From Octopus bimaculoides (Eukaryota), in the NCBI RefSeq assembly GCF_001194135.2, contig NC_068981.1:159221119-159285118 (forward strand): a DNA stretch of 64,000 nucleotides. The letters are read 5' to 3'. The position numbers and the translations under genes are program-made. The notes under the pieces are model-generated. The model did not search any database and was not told where the DNA came from. It saw nothing but the letters and a program-made list of their open reading frames with translations. Below, piece by piece: positions 11,938-25,789 of this stretch. The stretch's first letter is position 1, and the number at the start of each line of letters is the position of its first letter.

Positions 11938-13457
11938 AGCTTTGGCTGACTTTGTTTATCCATTCATTCATTCATTTGAGTCAACTCAAAATTCATGTTG
12001 AAATTAATATCATCATAATAAGAAAAAAATTTAATTCTGTAGCAAAAAATGTGACGAATGAATGGAGATTGAGGGCTGCTCCAATTTACATTACAGGCAA
12101 CCCATCTAGAAGAGCAGTAACTCTGAAATAAAATTGAGGCAGGCTAGAGGAGACAGTTTGGTCTTGCCACAGAAAACCTCTCTGATGCTTGTGGCATGAT
12201 AAAAAGTATTCAGTCTACACTGTAAAGTGGTTGGCAATAAGAAAGATATTCAACTGTAAAAATGTTAGCAAAAGAAAACAAATCATGACATACACAGCAA
12301 CAAAGTTTAGTAGATTTCTATGTTATTGTGTGTGTAACAGTTGATGAATGACCACAGCAAGTGTCATGAGGCCCACCCATCCAGTCCATACCAACATGGA
12401 ATAATGGATGTAGAATAATGATGATGATGATGATGATGATGAGGTGGAGGAGGAGGAGGATTATGATGATGATGATTTTATATTTTTTGAAGGCATTAGT
12501 AGAACTGAGAAATTTAGTTTGCTTAATACAGATTCCTATGAAAGTTTCATAATTTAATAAATTTGGTCTTGTTTGTTTCTGGTATTTTCTTTTTATTGCC
12601 AAAGCTACATTTTTTGCTTTAAGCTCTTTTGTAATTTTAAATAAATAATTATACAGAAATCTGACGAAAATAATTATGAAAAAAAAAAAAAAAGTAAGAA
12701 AGAAAAAGAATAAAGAAAATTTTTTTAAAAAAGATAAAAAATACTAATTTCATATATCCCAAGATGCCTGAAGAGAGTTGTGCCATTTCAAAATCAACTT
12801 TTTTTTTTTTTTTGTGTGTCACAGAAAATGTGTAAGAACTATATCTGAAATTAAATTATGAGTGTTGTTCCGTACAAAGGCTAGCTTCAATAGTTGCTGT
12901 CTGTTATAGTCATAAAAAACCCATCTCTATGTCTGTCTGTCAATGTCATTTTTTTTTTGTTGTAAAATACACTTTGTCCCCATGGTAATTAAAACACAGT
13001 GTATTATGTTTCTAAACATGGAAAAACCATTGCACTATAAGAACTTTACACAAAATAGTTTTTAATTCATCTTATTCAATGCATTGTAATTACTGAATGT
13101 ATCATTTCACTTTATTTTGCTAAACTTTAACACATGTGTAAACATCTTGGGTCATTTCATTTATGTTTTCTTTTATGAAACTTTTTTTTTTTTTCCTTTT
13201 TGCAACTTATACATGTTTAAATATCGTCAGATATAGTGCGTGTTTCAATATGTGTATAAAACAAATATTTATCTATCCTTCCATTCCACTTTTCAATTAT
13301 CATAGTGTGACAAAATATACAAGACAACATAGAAACAAGGGGAGTGAGTGAGAAATGTGAATTGGAGTGCTGTTATATAATGTTAAGAAATCTGATAAGA
13401 ATGAGAGAAATTATGTACTGAATTGATTTCTTAGTTTATTATTATGAGACAGAGTAA

Positions 13458-13668
13458 GACAGTGAGCTGGCAGAATTGTTAGCAGGCTGGGAAACATGCT
13501 TGGTAGTATTTTGTCTATCTTTATCTTCTGAGTTCAAATTCTACCACGGTTGACTTTGCATTTCATCCTTTCAAGGTCAATAAAATAAGTATCAATTGAG
13601 CACTGGGGTCAATGTAATTGACTTACTCCTTCCCTGAAATAGCTGGCCTGGTACCAAAATTTGAAACC
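13458..13668 (+). mobile_element. Short interspersed repeat family B (GGCGGCGAGCTGGCAG...), CpG-decayed copy
   Basis: GAGCTGGCAGAA..GTTAGCA..TTCTGAGTTCAAATTC..TTTCATCCTTT..AATAAGTA. Other copies lie at ~6085-6480(-), 13875-14050(-), 15108-15228(-), 16438-16645(-) and 17259-17470(+). Confidence 0.8.
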
Positions 13669-15854
13669 GTTATTACAAGACAAAGTGAGTTAAACCATAC
13701 GATGGCTCCATAAATGTTTATATTACTGTAATACTTTGTAAATAAAATATTTTGTTTTCATAAATCAAGATGAGTGAGGCCAAACTAAATTGTTTATTGA
13801 TGATTACAAATATTGATTATTTTTTTTACTTTGGCACAAAGCCACACATATATTGGAGATGATTCTTACTTTGGTAAAAAGCCACAAATTTATAAGAAAG
13901 GAAGTTAGTTGATTGAATTCCTATGAGTGCATGACTAATGTTTATTTCTCATGATGCTAGAAGGATGAAAGGCAAACATGAACGTTTGCAGGATTTGAAA
14001 TCAGAATGTAAGAGAGATAAAGTTAATTACTATTAGAAATGTAAATCAGCATCCCACTATTTCAGTTAAATTTAACCATATTAATTTATTATATAATGAT
14101 GCTAGCCAATTTTTATGTGGCCATTCAACCTGCTAGATGTAATAGTTAAATTTCCTTCAAATTAGAGTATAATATGTTAAAAAGAATAGATTGGATAATG
14201 TGATTCTGAGTTTCCTATGCTTTGGGAAAAGATAGGATGGTCATGAATGGAATGCCTTTCTCCATAGAGCTGCTTGATCAAAGCAGACTTATGATGAAAC
14301 AACAACATTACATAGGTACAGTGTCTCTGGTTTGCAAAGAAGTTAATATTAATTGAGATGTACACCATCTTTTCTTATTGGCATTTGTAGTTTTATAATT
14401 TGTTACAGAAGCATTTAATTTTAAAATTTATCAAATTAGAAGAATAGGACGTTGTGAGGTTCAAATTAGATCTTCCTTGATTTCTTTACTGTTTCTTATG
14501 AAATGTTCAGCACTTTTGTAAATATCGTTAGTTTAAATAAGGCGTAAAGAAACTTTTTGTATCAGGGGTAAATTACAAATGCATAGCAACATGCAGAATT
14601 TAATCTGTACTGAGAAAAATAATGAAATTTTAATTTTACAATTCCATAAGCCTGCAACATTATATCAAATTACTGAAGGCTTAAACAATTTCTTTTTCTT
14701 TTTTCTTTCTTTTTTTTTTAACTAACATTAAATTACTAGAGGCTTAAATCCTTTTTTAAAATTTTAATTGAATTACCAAAGACTTAAACTGGATTTTTTT
14801 CTGCATAGATTTTTAGAGATTTCATCAGCAGATGGTTTCAATTTTGAATGAGGGCAGAGTTATGCTCAAGGGTAAGGGGTGCTCCACCCTAGTTAAGGTA
14901 GTTAATACTCTAACTTGAACTAACTTCTTAATAGTCTGGCAAAAAAAAAAAGTCCCCTGCCTCGAGCGTTATTTATCCTCAGAAGCATAAATGCAGTTAA
15001 ATGAAAACTATAAAGAAACGAATTATGCTTTTATCATGTGAAACAAATATTCTGTCTTTGGTGAAGTTACAATTCTAATATCGATAGTGTTTTCTATTAT
15101 AGACGCAAAGCCTGAAATTTGAGGGGAAAGTCAAACTCAGCAGTATTTGAACTCAGAACATGAAAACAGATAAAATGCTACTAAGCATTTTGTCCAGCAT
15201 ACTAATGATTCTGCCAGCTTACTGCCTTACATTCTAATGTAGATAATAATGATATAATTCTGGTATAAATAATAATTATTCTATTTTTGATATAAAACCA
15301 TAAATTCATAAATTTTACACCCCACACTAACTTTTCTCCATAATGTGGTAGTTGTGTACACCAAGAATCTATTCTCTCTGCTCACTCCTTTCTATGAAGT
15401 TTTGATAACAATGACTTCTAATACCACTCCCCAAACTCTTCCAATAACCATCACCTATTTGGCAATCTCTTTTACTTGTATCAAAGACGTCTATCTCACC
15501 TCATCATTTTTTTCTTGTCATTATTCTAACTGATTTCCATGTAAACAAATTCTCTTGGTTCACATACTAATGTTGGTTTTGGAAATAAAATGTAAAACAG
15601 AAATAAATTTTGAAAGTTCAGTCAGGTACTCTACTATTTCTGACATTCAAAGATGATCTTTATGAATATGACTTAATTCTCTGATAGTTCATCTACTGAC
15701 AAAACAATGAAACCAGCAAGTCAACAAGGAATGAAACATAGAGATAAACAAGTCAAAGACGTAACAGCCTAATCTCTGTCAAATAATATTCCACTTGATA
15801 GGATTTTTTTTTTTTTATTATGAATAAGTCAGTAGAAGAAAACCAAAGAACTGA

Positions 15855-15961
15855 TCAACCTCTTGCTGAACTGCTAAGTTAAGAGGACATAAACACACTG
15901 ACACTGGTTGCCAAGTGGTGATGGGGGGACAAACACAGGCACAAAGATGCGTGCACATATA

Positions 15962-15997
<36 letters not shown>

Positions 15998-16131
15998 CAT
16001 ACAATGGGCTTCTTTCAGTTTCTATCTGCTAAATCTACTTACAAGGCTTTGATCAGTTCAAGGTGCCACACAGTGGGACTGAACCCAGAACCTGTGGTTG
16101 GGAAGCAAGCTTCTTACCACACAGCCACACC
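15855..16131 (-). mobile_element. SINE family A copy
   Basis: Reverse complement of the family A head and body with an internal (CATA)n tract. Confidence 0.75.
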
Positions 16132-17633
16132 TATAAAGTATATATATGTAGAAAGGTACATATTGTAATGTAGTAAGTCTAGTGCTTTGAATATCTTAAA
16201 ACCTTTCAGCACTGTATAACTAATAAGAGTTTATCTAGCAGGAAACCTATTTGTGGTCACTCAGCCTGCTAGAAATAACAGCAGCCACATGTCTATACCA
16301 TCTATAGTCTTTTAAGAAAAGATAAACATATTGAACATTGTAGTCTCAAACATTCAAAAATATATGATGCTCGGTGTTGAGACATATTGATAATGCTTGA
16401 TCAACACTGACTTATGTCTAAATAATGGGTTTTTATTAAGGCACAAGGCCAACAGTTTTGAGAGATTGGGGTTAGTTGATACCATTGATCCTAATACTTG
16501 ATTGATGCTTTATGTTATTAATTCCAAGAGGATGAAATGCAAAATCAAATTTGGCAGAATTTGAACTCAGAATGCAAAAAGCCAGAAGAAATGTTGCAAG
16601 CCATTTTTTCTAAAGTTTGAGTGATTCTGCCAGCTCATTGCCTTCTTGTAGCTAAATAGTTACTTATTAAATATTTTATGTAAAACCACAAAATTTCTAA
16701 TAAATGTACTTAATGTAAAAATATATATTATCTTAAAATTATTGTTGTAATAAGTATACTTCATGTAAAAAAAAATTACTTATGTAAAAATACATTTTAT
16801 GTATTTAGTATCTTATATATGCAGTATATTTTACATAGAATTTATTGTTGTAAATAATATTTGTTATATATGTAAAATATTTTATATAAAAAATATTATT
16901 TTATGTAATATTTATAATTTATACAGAACTACAAATTAGAAAGATTAGATATGAGCTAAGAGCAATGCTAGTTGTAATGGGTCTGTTTCAATGTTAAACA
17001 TGTGTACATAGTCTTATCTATTTGTCATCTAATTTTGTTTTTGTAGTGACTTTCCTCCCACATAATTAGCTTGGGAGACAGAAGTAACGTGAAATCAATT
17101 AGAAGTGTTGGCTGCTGTCAGTATAGGTTGTCATTAATGTGTGGGTAACCTTACCACAAGGTGAATAACTGATGTCATACAATGCCCTTCAAATGTTTTT
17201 CTATATAATGAACAACTGGTGTCATACAATGCACTTAATATTGTTTCAAGTTATGAGGTGGCAAGCTAACAGAAATGTTAGCACACCAGGCAAAAAGCTT
17301 AGCAGCATTTAGTCTGTCTGCATGTTCTGAGTTTAGATTCTGCCAAGGTCAATTTTGCCTTTCATCCTTTTGAGGTTGATAAAATAAGTACCAGTTGAGC
17401 ACTGGCGTTGATGTAACTTATTTAGCCCCTTCCTTGAGAATGCCAGCCTTGTGCAAAAATTTGAAACCAATAATTTTTCAGATAATGAGGAAGTAGAAAA
17501 TTAAGAATACTAGAATATTATGACGGAAAATTCTGAGGTCTTTACTTACATATTCTTCATTATCTATTACTAAGAAAATTTATAATTTTTGACATTTTTT
17601 TTCTTTATATAAGGACAATCTGGCATAACTTTA

Positions 17634-18180
17634 TTAACCCTTTTGTTACCATATTTCTGTTGAGATACTCTGTGCTTCTTTCAATTAATTTTAAATATAA
17701 CAAAGAATTTAATAAAATAACTTAGTTATCTTTTCCTCAGTAGGCCCTGCCCTGTTTAACATTATCCTGAAACAGATAAAAGAGGAAACAGATCCTATCA
17801 GCTTTAAACGGAGTCTAGACAGCTTTCTTCAAAGAATACCAGACAAGCCACCCATACCTGGATACNNNNNNNNNNGCTTTCTTCAAAGAATACCAGACAA
17901 GCCACCCATACCTGGATACAACTCACTCAATAAGAACTCACTACTTGAATGGACCACAGACAAAACTTGACTATAAAAAGGATTTAGATAATTCTATCAG
18001 GTGGTGCTATTAAGTTAGACATAGCCTGGACCAATCTTTGGTAGAAACATATCTAAGTTTATCATTAATCTAGTGTTAGAAACATAAATTGTGACTAAGA
18101 TTTGGTAGAAGATTTTAATTCAGAACTTTTGAAAAGCAAGACAAATGGGATTAGAAAACTAGTGACTGCATTTCTATTCA
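17634..18180. mobile_element. piggyBac-type MITE family 2 relative, interrupted by a CR1 3' fragment
   Basis: TTAACCCTTTTGTTACCATATTTCTGTTGA matches the reverse complement of the 11502 end. The MITE sequence resumes after 18063. Confidence 0.65.
17731..18063 (+). mobile_element. CR1-clade LINE 3' fragment
   Basis: GPALFNII...FKRSLDSFLQRIPDKPPIPGY...SLLEW, then 3'UTR CAGGTGGTG..CCTGG and an ATCTAAGTT end. Confidence 0.8.
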
Positions 18181-18329
18181 AACAATGTTCCCTTAAAAGA
18201 TTTCTATCCACGCCAAATTCTCAATATTTTTTTTCTCTCTGCAACATAAGGTAATACTTGTGAGTGTGTTCATCTCCAGTCCCTAACATAAACTGTAAAT
18301 TTCTGCAGAAACAGTAATATTGACAGGCT

Positions 18330-18600
18330 GTACCTCAAAAGAAAAGAGGGAGGAAGAAGTTTATAATTAGAACAGACAACTTTTGAATGATACATATCAT
18401 TCAGGCAGTACCTACTAGACAATGGAGCAAAAATAAATACATCAACCAAGTGCTTAAAGATTAAGAGAATAACATCCTGTGGATCAGATGTGAACTCTTT
18501 AAGAAACACTCATTTCCTGAAAATCTCCCATATGAATCCAGAAATGTAATCCAAAGAAATGTAGAGAACAATGCTGAATAGTAGTTTGTATGTTGGAAGG
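18330..18600 (+). pseudogene. Possible very old RTE remnant
   Basis: Weak match: NLPYESRNVIQR..VCWK resembles the L..K..IY...LLYG.E.W region. Confidence 0.25.
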
Positions 18601-19437
18601 GGAATGGGAAGAATAAAATAAATAATTCAAATGAAGTTATAAAGATATTACAATGTTATGATTCACAGCAGTTTCATCTGAAAAACTATTAAAATTTCAA
18701 AAACTGTCACTTGTAGGAATATTGCATTTCTAATTACAGAAACGAAGAATAGTGAGATGAAATAATGTATACTGGAGAAAAGAATGTGAAAACAAAGGTT
18801 GTTTGCTGAGTCAGGAAATACAACAGCTCAAAATATTAAGAGAATTTTGAAAAATAAAAAGACAAATAAAGCAAAAAATTTAATAGGTGAAGTACCATAT
18901 TCGATGGCATCAAAGACACATTGGCATTATTATTAGCAGTGAAAGCTAATGGGAGGCATAACTTTATGGGCCTCAGGGTGATCTTTTTGAGACCTCTATT
19001 TTCTGAAAATAGCGTGTCTTATATGCCATCAAATATGGTATATAAATATATAAATGAACAGTACATAAATTAGAAAACTTATAAAACAATAAATTGCTAA
19101 AATATGTCAATATGCAATTGAGATACGGGTCTTTTGAGTTTTATCAAAAACAGTTAGGGGAAACATCACTTGTGTTAACATTTGGTGTCAATCGCCTGAA
19201 TTATATGGTCTGATCAACATTTAATCTGAGAACATCTAGGTAACATTTCATTCATTAGTCATTTAGCTTATTTGATGTAGGAATTTAAGAATGGTCTATT
19301 CAAGCAAGATCCTTTGCAATCTATGGCAAAGTACGCCAACCAAATGCCATTTATTATTATTAGTACTTAATGTACTAATGGACTTAGGAACACTATTACT
19401 CCAAACTAAACATAAAGGAATAATAAGGAAATTTTAT

Positions 19438-19828
19438 CTTTTAACCTTTACTTGTTTTGCTCATTGGACTGGAGCCATGCTGGGGCACCACCTTGAAGGG
19501 TTTAGTCAAACAAACCAACCCCAGTACTTATCTTTCTTTTTAAGCCTGGTACTTATTCCATCATTCTCTTCTGCTGAGCTGCTAAGTTATGGGGATGTAA
19601 ACAAACCAACAACAGTTGTCAGATGGTAGTGGGAGACAAACACAAAGACTTCTGGACAGATATATACATATGATGGCCTTCTTTCAGTTTTTGTCTACCA
19701 AATCCACTCACAAGGCTTTGGTTGGCCCAGGGCTACAGTAGAAGACACTCGCCTAATGTGGCACACAATGGAATTGAACCTGAGACCATATAGTTGGGAA
19801 GCTTCTTACCACATAGCCATGCCTGTAC
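19438..19828 (-). mobile_element. SINE family A copy, near full length
   Basis: Tail TCATTGGACTGGAGCCATGCTGGGG through head CTTACCACATAGCCATGCC. Confidence 0.8.
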
Positions 19829-20072
19829 CTATTAAAATCCTTAATTTAAAAAAAAATTTAACTCATAGTTATGTCATAGTAATATAACATATTTCAAAGA
19901 AAAGCTGTCCCCTATTAACATAAAGGTGTGTATATACATACTCACACACATATATACAAACGTGTATCTGTGTAATTTTTCACGCAATTCCACCCAGCCA
20001 TTTGACCATGAATCCCAAGACAAGAAAGAATCGCCCATGTCAAACTTATATGTATAGATTATGTAATATAGT

Positions 20073-20099
<27 letters not shown>

Positions 20100-20104
<5 letters not shown>

Positions 20105-20920
20105 ACTTAGATAACTTAGATTGGTTTCAGTCATTATCGGCCCAGGCCACGACTAACTCAGTAACACCACCTGGAAAAGTCTTTTAGTTAATTATTTCGG
20201 GACACCATGGACCACTCGAGCAGAAAGTTGTTGGTTGAGATGTACCCAGATGTAGGTGGTTTATCTAGTATTTCCTGGAGGAATTTGTCCAGGTACCGTT
20301 TGAAAGTTGTGGGGTCTTTTTCTACTTTCATTTCTTTTGGGATAACATTAAAAAGTGCTGGACCATTTGCAGTGAAGAAGTTGTGTTGCAATGTTCTTAT
20401 GTGATGTGATCTTGACCTTTGTAGGGGACGCATTACACAGGGGCCTAGTCTTGGGTGAATTGTAAACATAATGCCAATACCATTTGGANNNNNNNNNNAC
20501 AGGGGCCTAGTCTTGGGTGAATTGTAAACATAATGCCAATACCATTTGGATAATATTGGTGGAATATTTTCCACATGGTGCAAATAATGTATCGCTCACA
20601 GCAGCATTGCAGAGAATAGAGCTTCAGCTGTTTAAGTCAAGCCCAATAATCAAGTCCTATCATGCCATTTTTTTTTGTGATTGATCTTTGTGGCACTTCG
20701 ATCCTCATTATGTCTTGTTTTTTGTAGGGGGACCACAATGGGCAGCAGTATCCGAAATGGAACCAAGCAAATGTAGAGAAGAGAAGGATGATGGTTTCAT
20801 GATCCCTAGATTGGAAAGTTCTGAGGATCCATGAGCACATTCTGCAGGCAACATCGACTTTTTTGTTGATGTGCACACTCCAAGTAAGGTTGCTGTCAAC
20901 AAAAATTAATATAAACAGCA
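20100..20920 (-). mobile_element. CR1-clade LINE 3' ~0.8 kb
   Basis: DSNLTWSVHI...WILRTF.SRD...YCCPLWSPYKKQDI..IE.PQR...NGPALFN..FKRYLDKFL..DKP, with an (ATCTAAGTT)2 tail. Confidence 0.85.
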
Positions 20921-21289
20921 GTTTACAATGTTTTACCAAAAAGGAGAATTATAATTGTCACTAAATGTGACTAGGGTCAGTTACACACACACACACACAC
21001 ACACACATATCTTTTAAATTTGCTTATGGTAACATTTTGAATATGCAAATAAAGCTCCTATTCCATTATGCTGGCCACTATCAAATGATGCTGACTAGTG
21101 AACCAGTTTATTGGGGTTGCATCAAGTTATGCCGATATAATGTAGGATAAATATAATAATAATAACAATAACCCTTGGACGGAATTTATAAACATTTAAT
21201 GTGGAAACATATGTAGCTCACTAAGGGTGAGCACTTTAGTGCTTATTTCTAGCAATTTAGGTGCTATTCACACCCTTAGTCAAGTTTAG

Positions 21290-21600
21290 TTACCTCCACC
21301 AAAGAAGGAGGTTATGTTTTCATCAGCGTTGGTATGTCCGTCTGTGTGCAAAATAACTCAAAAAGTGTGAACGGTATTTGATGAAACTTGCAGAAAAAGT
21401 TGGTAATGACACAAGAGACAGATGATAAAATTTTGGTAGTGATCCAGGAATTCTTATGTATTCTTGGAAGGATTTTGCATTTGTTATATTTATTTTACAT
21501 ATCTTGGCATTTGAAGCAGCTTGAGTTATGATAGTTTGAGCAAAAGAACTGGCTATTGTAAGCGAAACTATATATAAAAAAAAATGCATTTGGCCAAATT
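21290..21600 (+). mobile_element. Helentron/HINE (DINE-1-like) non-autonomous element 5' part
   Basis: TTACCTCCACCAAAGAAGGAGGTTATGTTTTC (sub-TIR plus short inverted repeat), GTCCGTCTGT, GATGAAACTT and AAATTTTGGTAGTGATCC. Confidence 0.55.
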
Positions 21601-21631
21601 TGGACATACGTCAGTTTAACATAACAGCAAT

Positions 21632-21667
<36 letters not shown>

Positions 21668-22383
21668 TATCACAGTTGATATGAAGCATTGTTAAATAAA
21701 GTAATACTATTTTTAAAAAGCTATTACAATAGAAATTTAGAAACACAGTGTAAACAAAAGCAAAATGAAAACCAGACAAGAAAAATTGTTTGTTTTGATT
21801 ATATTTCTCATGTATTTCAATTCTCAAATTTAAAAATATCTTGTTAAGAAAATGCAGGAACAGTTAAGGTCATCTACTCAAATAAAGTCACCTATCGGTT
21901 ATTGTTCAAATGATAAAATAATAAAAGGGAGCTGCTATACATACAGTGTTGTGTTAAATTAGTTAATCAGTATACATTTAATCAAGCATGTCAAACTGCA
22001 GTTACTCTCTGGATCACATTGCTCATATTCATGTTGTCAAGAGGCCCACGTATTTAACAACAAGGATTTCTGTCATATCAATTCTTTATTATTAAGTAAA
22101 AACCATTAAAAACGTTTTTCTTGCTCATCAATAATAACCCTATTTTTATTAATTAAGTTATTATTAATTATTTTTATTATTAAAAATTGGCGGGGGTTGG
22201 GGTCCCCTTTCTAAACCTCTAGCTAAGTCACTTGCAGGCCACTCTTGAGCTTGAAAAGGGCTACATGTTTGACATGCCTGGTTTAGATCATATCTGTTGT
22301 TTAATAGGTAGGTTAAGTTTGTAAACTACGACATCCTCTTTAATGTTCAAATTATATGTGCGGATATATAATTGCATATAGGA

Positions 22384-22417
<34 letters not shown>

Positions 22418-22501
22418 ACGCATGCATGCATGCGTGTTGGTGTCCACGTGTGTATGGGTGTGTATATCTTTGTGTATGTCTGTGAGTTTGAGTACACACA
22501 C

Positions 22502-22549
<48 letters not shown>

Positions 22550-22604
22550 AAACTTGCATAACTGTTGCTCACAGGCGAGTATGATCTGGTAGTTTGTAAC
22601 CATT

Positions 22605-22830
22605 CTCTTGCTAATTGCTTTAGGTGCCAGTGTGGTTGTGAGTAGACATAAACACCTTCTCAGCCCATTCAGGATGTGAGAGCTGGAGGGAGAAAAGACT
22701 GCAGTCAGCTGCTACTCATTACAGCTTAGTAAACTGGAGCAACGTGAAATGATGTGACTTATTCAAGGACACAATGTGCTGCTTGGTCTAGGAATTGAAC
22801 TCATAACCATATGAGACCAACACCCTTACT
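22605..22830 (-). mobile_element. Second tRNA/CORE-like SINE family
   Basis: Plus strand reads CTGGAGCAACGTGAAATGA..CAAGGACACAA..GGAATTGAACTC, the reverse of a tRNA B-box plus CORE-like segment. Confidence 0.55.
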
Positions 22831-22850
22831 CTCTGAGTGTGCCTCCACAG

Positions 22851-22894
<44 letters not shown>

Positions 22895-22976
22895 TTATAT
22901 ATATTTATATGTATACATATATATGTATATGTGTGTGTGTATATANNNNNNNNNNNNNNNNNNNNNNNNNNNNNNN

Positions 22977-23051
<75 letters not shown>

Positions 23052-23061
23052 GGATAGATAT

Positions 23062-23097
<36 letters not shown>

Positions 23098-23824
23098 ACA
23101 TGCATATATATGTATAGAGAGAGACCGATAAACACACATATATGTGTGTGTGAGTGGATGTGTGTATATGTACATATATGTGCACATATATGTATATATA
23201 TATGTATATATACAGAGAGAAAGAGGGAGAGATAGGGTAGAGAGAGAGGGGGAGAGAGGGTAGAGAGAGAAAGAGAGAAATTGTAGGTAATACAGAGTAG
23301 AATGATGCAAGATATTAGGTAGAAACAATTAGTGCTCAGGCAGATTTTGCACCTAAACTCCAGATTTAAATACAGGGATGTGCTAGATGCCTAAATAAAA
23401 ATTGGCTACTGTCAATGTACCAATTGAGTTAGTGCAACATATAAGAGAACATAAGCATAAAAAGGTAGACAATAGTCAGATTATGGTATGTTTATACTTC
23501 TAAACCATATAAAGAAAACCAAATACATTACAACAATTGAGAATGTTCCGCAACTGAGACTTTTCGGGATGCCTGTTTATGGATTGGGTTTTTTTTTTCT
23601 TTATATGGTGATTAAGTAGAAATATAATTTCACTTGATACCTGTTATTTGCCTGTTTATGCTTCAGTAAATGTTTGTATGAGGGTATATTTGTGTATAAG
23701 CATAAATATATATGTACGTATGTACACATATGCTCACACACACACACACACGCACACACACACACACACATACATATGCATGAATACATATAAATATATA
23801 TATATATATATACATACATATATA

Positions 23825-23855
<31 letters not shown>

Positions 23856-23856
<1 letters not shown>

Positions 23857-24035
23857 GGCACAGAAGTTGATGTGTGATAAGTAGTTTGCTTCCCAACCAC
23901 ATGGTTCCAGGTTCAGTTCCATTGCATGGCACCTTGGACAAGTGTCTTCTAGTATAGCCTCGGGCTGACCAAAGCCTTGTGAGTGGATTAGGGAGGCAGA
24001 AACTGAAAGAAGCCCATCATGTATATATATATATA
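23856..24035 (+). mobile_element. SINE family A head (rest in gap)
   Basis: GGTTCAGTTCC, GCACCTTGGACAAGTGTCTT and GAAACTGAAAGAAGCCC, followed by (TA)n and a gap. Confidence 0.8.
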
Positions 24036-24659
24036 NNNNNNNNNNNNNNNNNNNNNNNNNNNNNNNNNNNNNNNNNNNNNNNNNNNNNNNNNNNNNNNNN
24101 NNNNNNNNNNNNNNNNNNNNNNNNNNNNNNNNNNNNNNNNNNNNNNNNNNNNNNNNNNNNNNNNNNNNNNNNNNNNNNNNNNNNNNNNNNNNNNNNNNNN
24201 NNNNNNNNNNNNNNNNNNNNNNNNNNNNNNNNNNNNNNNNNNNNNNNNNNNNNNNNNNNNNNNNNNNNNNNNNNNNNNNNNNNNNNNNNNNNNNNNNNNN
24301 NNNNNNNNNNNNNNNNNNNNNNNNNNNNNNNNNNNNNNNNNNNNNNNNNNNNNNNNNNNNNNNNNNNNNNNNNNNNNNNNNNNNNNNNNNNNNNNNNNNN
24401 NNNNNNNNNNNNNNNNNNNNNNNNNNNNNNNNNNNNNNNNNNNNNNNNNNNNNNNNNNNNNNNNNNNNNNNNNNNNNNNNNNNNNNNNNNNNNNNNNNNN
24501 NNNNNNNNNNNNNNNNNNNNNNNNNNNNNNNNNNNNNNNNNNNNNNNNNNNNNNNNNNNNNNNNNNNNNNNNNNNNNNNNNNNNNNNNNNNNNNNNNNNN
24601 NNNNNNNNNNNNNNNNNNNNNNNNNNTATATATATATATATGTATGTATATATATATAC

Positions 24660-24690
<31 letters not shown>

Positions 24691-24723
24691 CATAATGGAT
24701 TATAACAAAAAAGGTAACACTTA

Positions 24724-24851
24724 CTTGTTAGATTTCTTATTTATTTCTGTTCTTATTTACTATTGTTGTTAACATCTTTTTGTTTTCTATTATTTCTTGG
24801 CCTCTCTTTGACCAGTCTTTTCTGTCCGAATTCTTGTTTCCACAACTGTAC
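24724..24851 (-). other. Possible non-coding 5' exon of the minus-strand gene
   Basis: Donor CTAACAA|GTAAGT at 24723-24718 with a purine-rich body. It lies near the end of the CpG-depleted domain. The 5' limit is uncertain. Confidence 0.25.
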
Positions 24852-24931
24852 ACTACAATGTTCCTAGCTCTACAAATTATATATATGTTCACATTTCAAA
24901 TGCATACAGACATACACACACACATATATAT

Positions 24932-24987
<56 letters not shown>

Positions 24988-25566
24988 CTAGTTAGAGAAG
25001 TGGGGAGAAAAAGTGGCAGGGTGGTAGGAAAGGAGAGTAGAGAATGACAAAAAGAGAGAAGAAAAAGAGGAAAAGAGAAAGAGGGAGAGGGTGAGAGATG
25101 AAGTAAAGTTCTTAGTGGTCGTGTTTCAACTTCTGGTATAATTTACTTTGAAGACCAAAGACAGAGAGAAAGAAAGAGTTAGAGATAAATAGAGAGCGAG
25201 AGAAAAATGGTAAAAGAAGGAAAGATAGGAAAGCAAAGAGGGAACAGGGTATTAAAGGGGTAACTGATCCTGTTACATTTTTTGTTATTCTCTTCAACAG
25301 TTAGAACAGTCTGAAAAATTTAAGCGCTCTATGTTTCTATGTTCTACTTTCGAATTGCTTGTCGGAAAGTGGGAAACTTGATAAAATATAGAGCACAGAG
25401 TCTTTGAATTCTTTATTGCACCGGGAATCAGTTCTTATGATATATATATATATATGTAAATCTATTTTTCCTTGAGATAAAATCAAGAAATAGGTCTTCC
25501 AATGACCTATTTCTTGATTTTAGTATATGAAGATTTGTATTGAGATAAGAGTCTATGTATATATGG

Positions 25567-25604
<38 letters not shown>

Positions 25605-25677
25605 GGAGTGAGAGAGAGAGAGACTGATAGATAGATAGATAGATAGACAGATAAACAAACAGATAGATAGGTATGTG

Positions 25678-25734
<57 letters not shown>

Positions 25735-25757
25735 ATGTATATGTATGCATGTGCATG

Positions 25758-25789
<32 letters not shown>

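Noticed and set aside
17821-17920. 44-bp direct repeat across a 10-N gap
   Set aside because: Identical sequence on both sides indicates an unmerged contig overlap.
20437-20550. 52-bp direct repeat across a 10-N gap
   Set aside because: It is the same assembly artefact.
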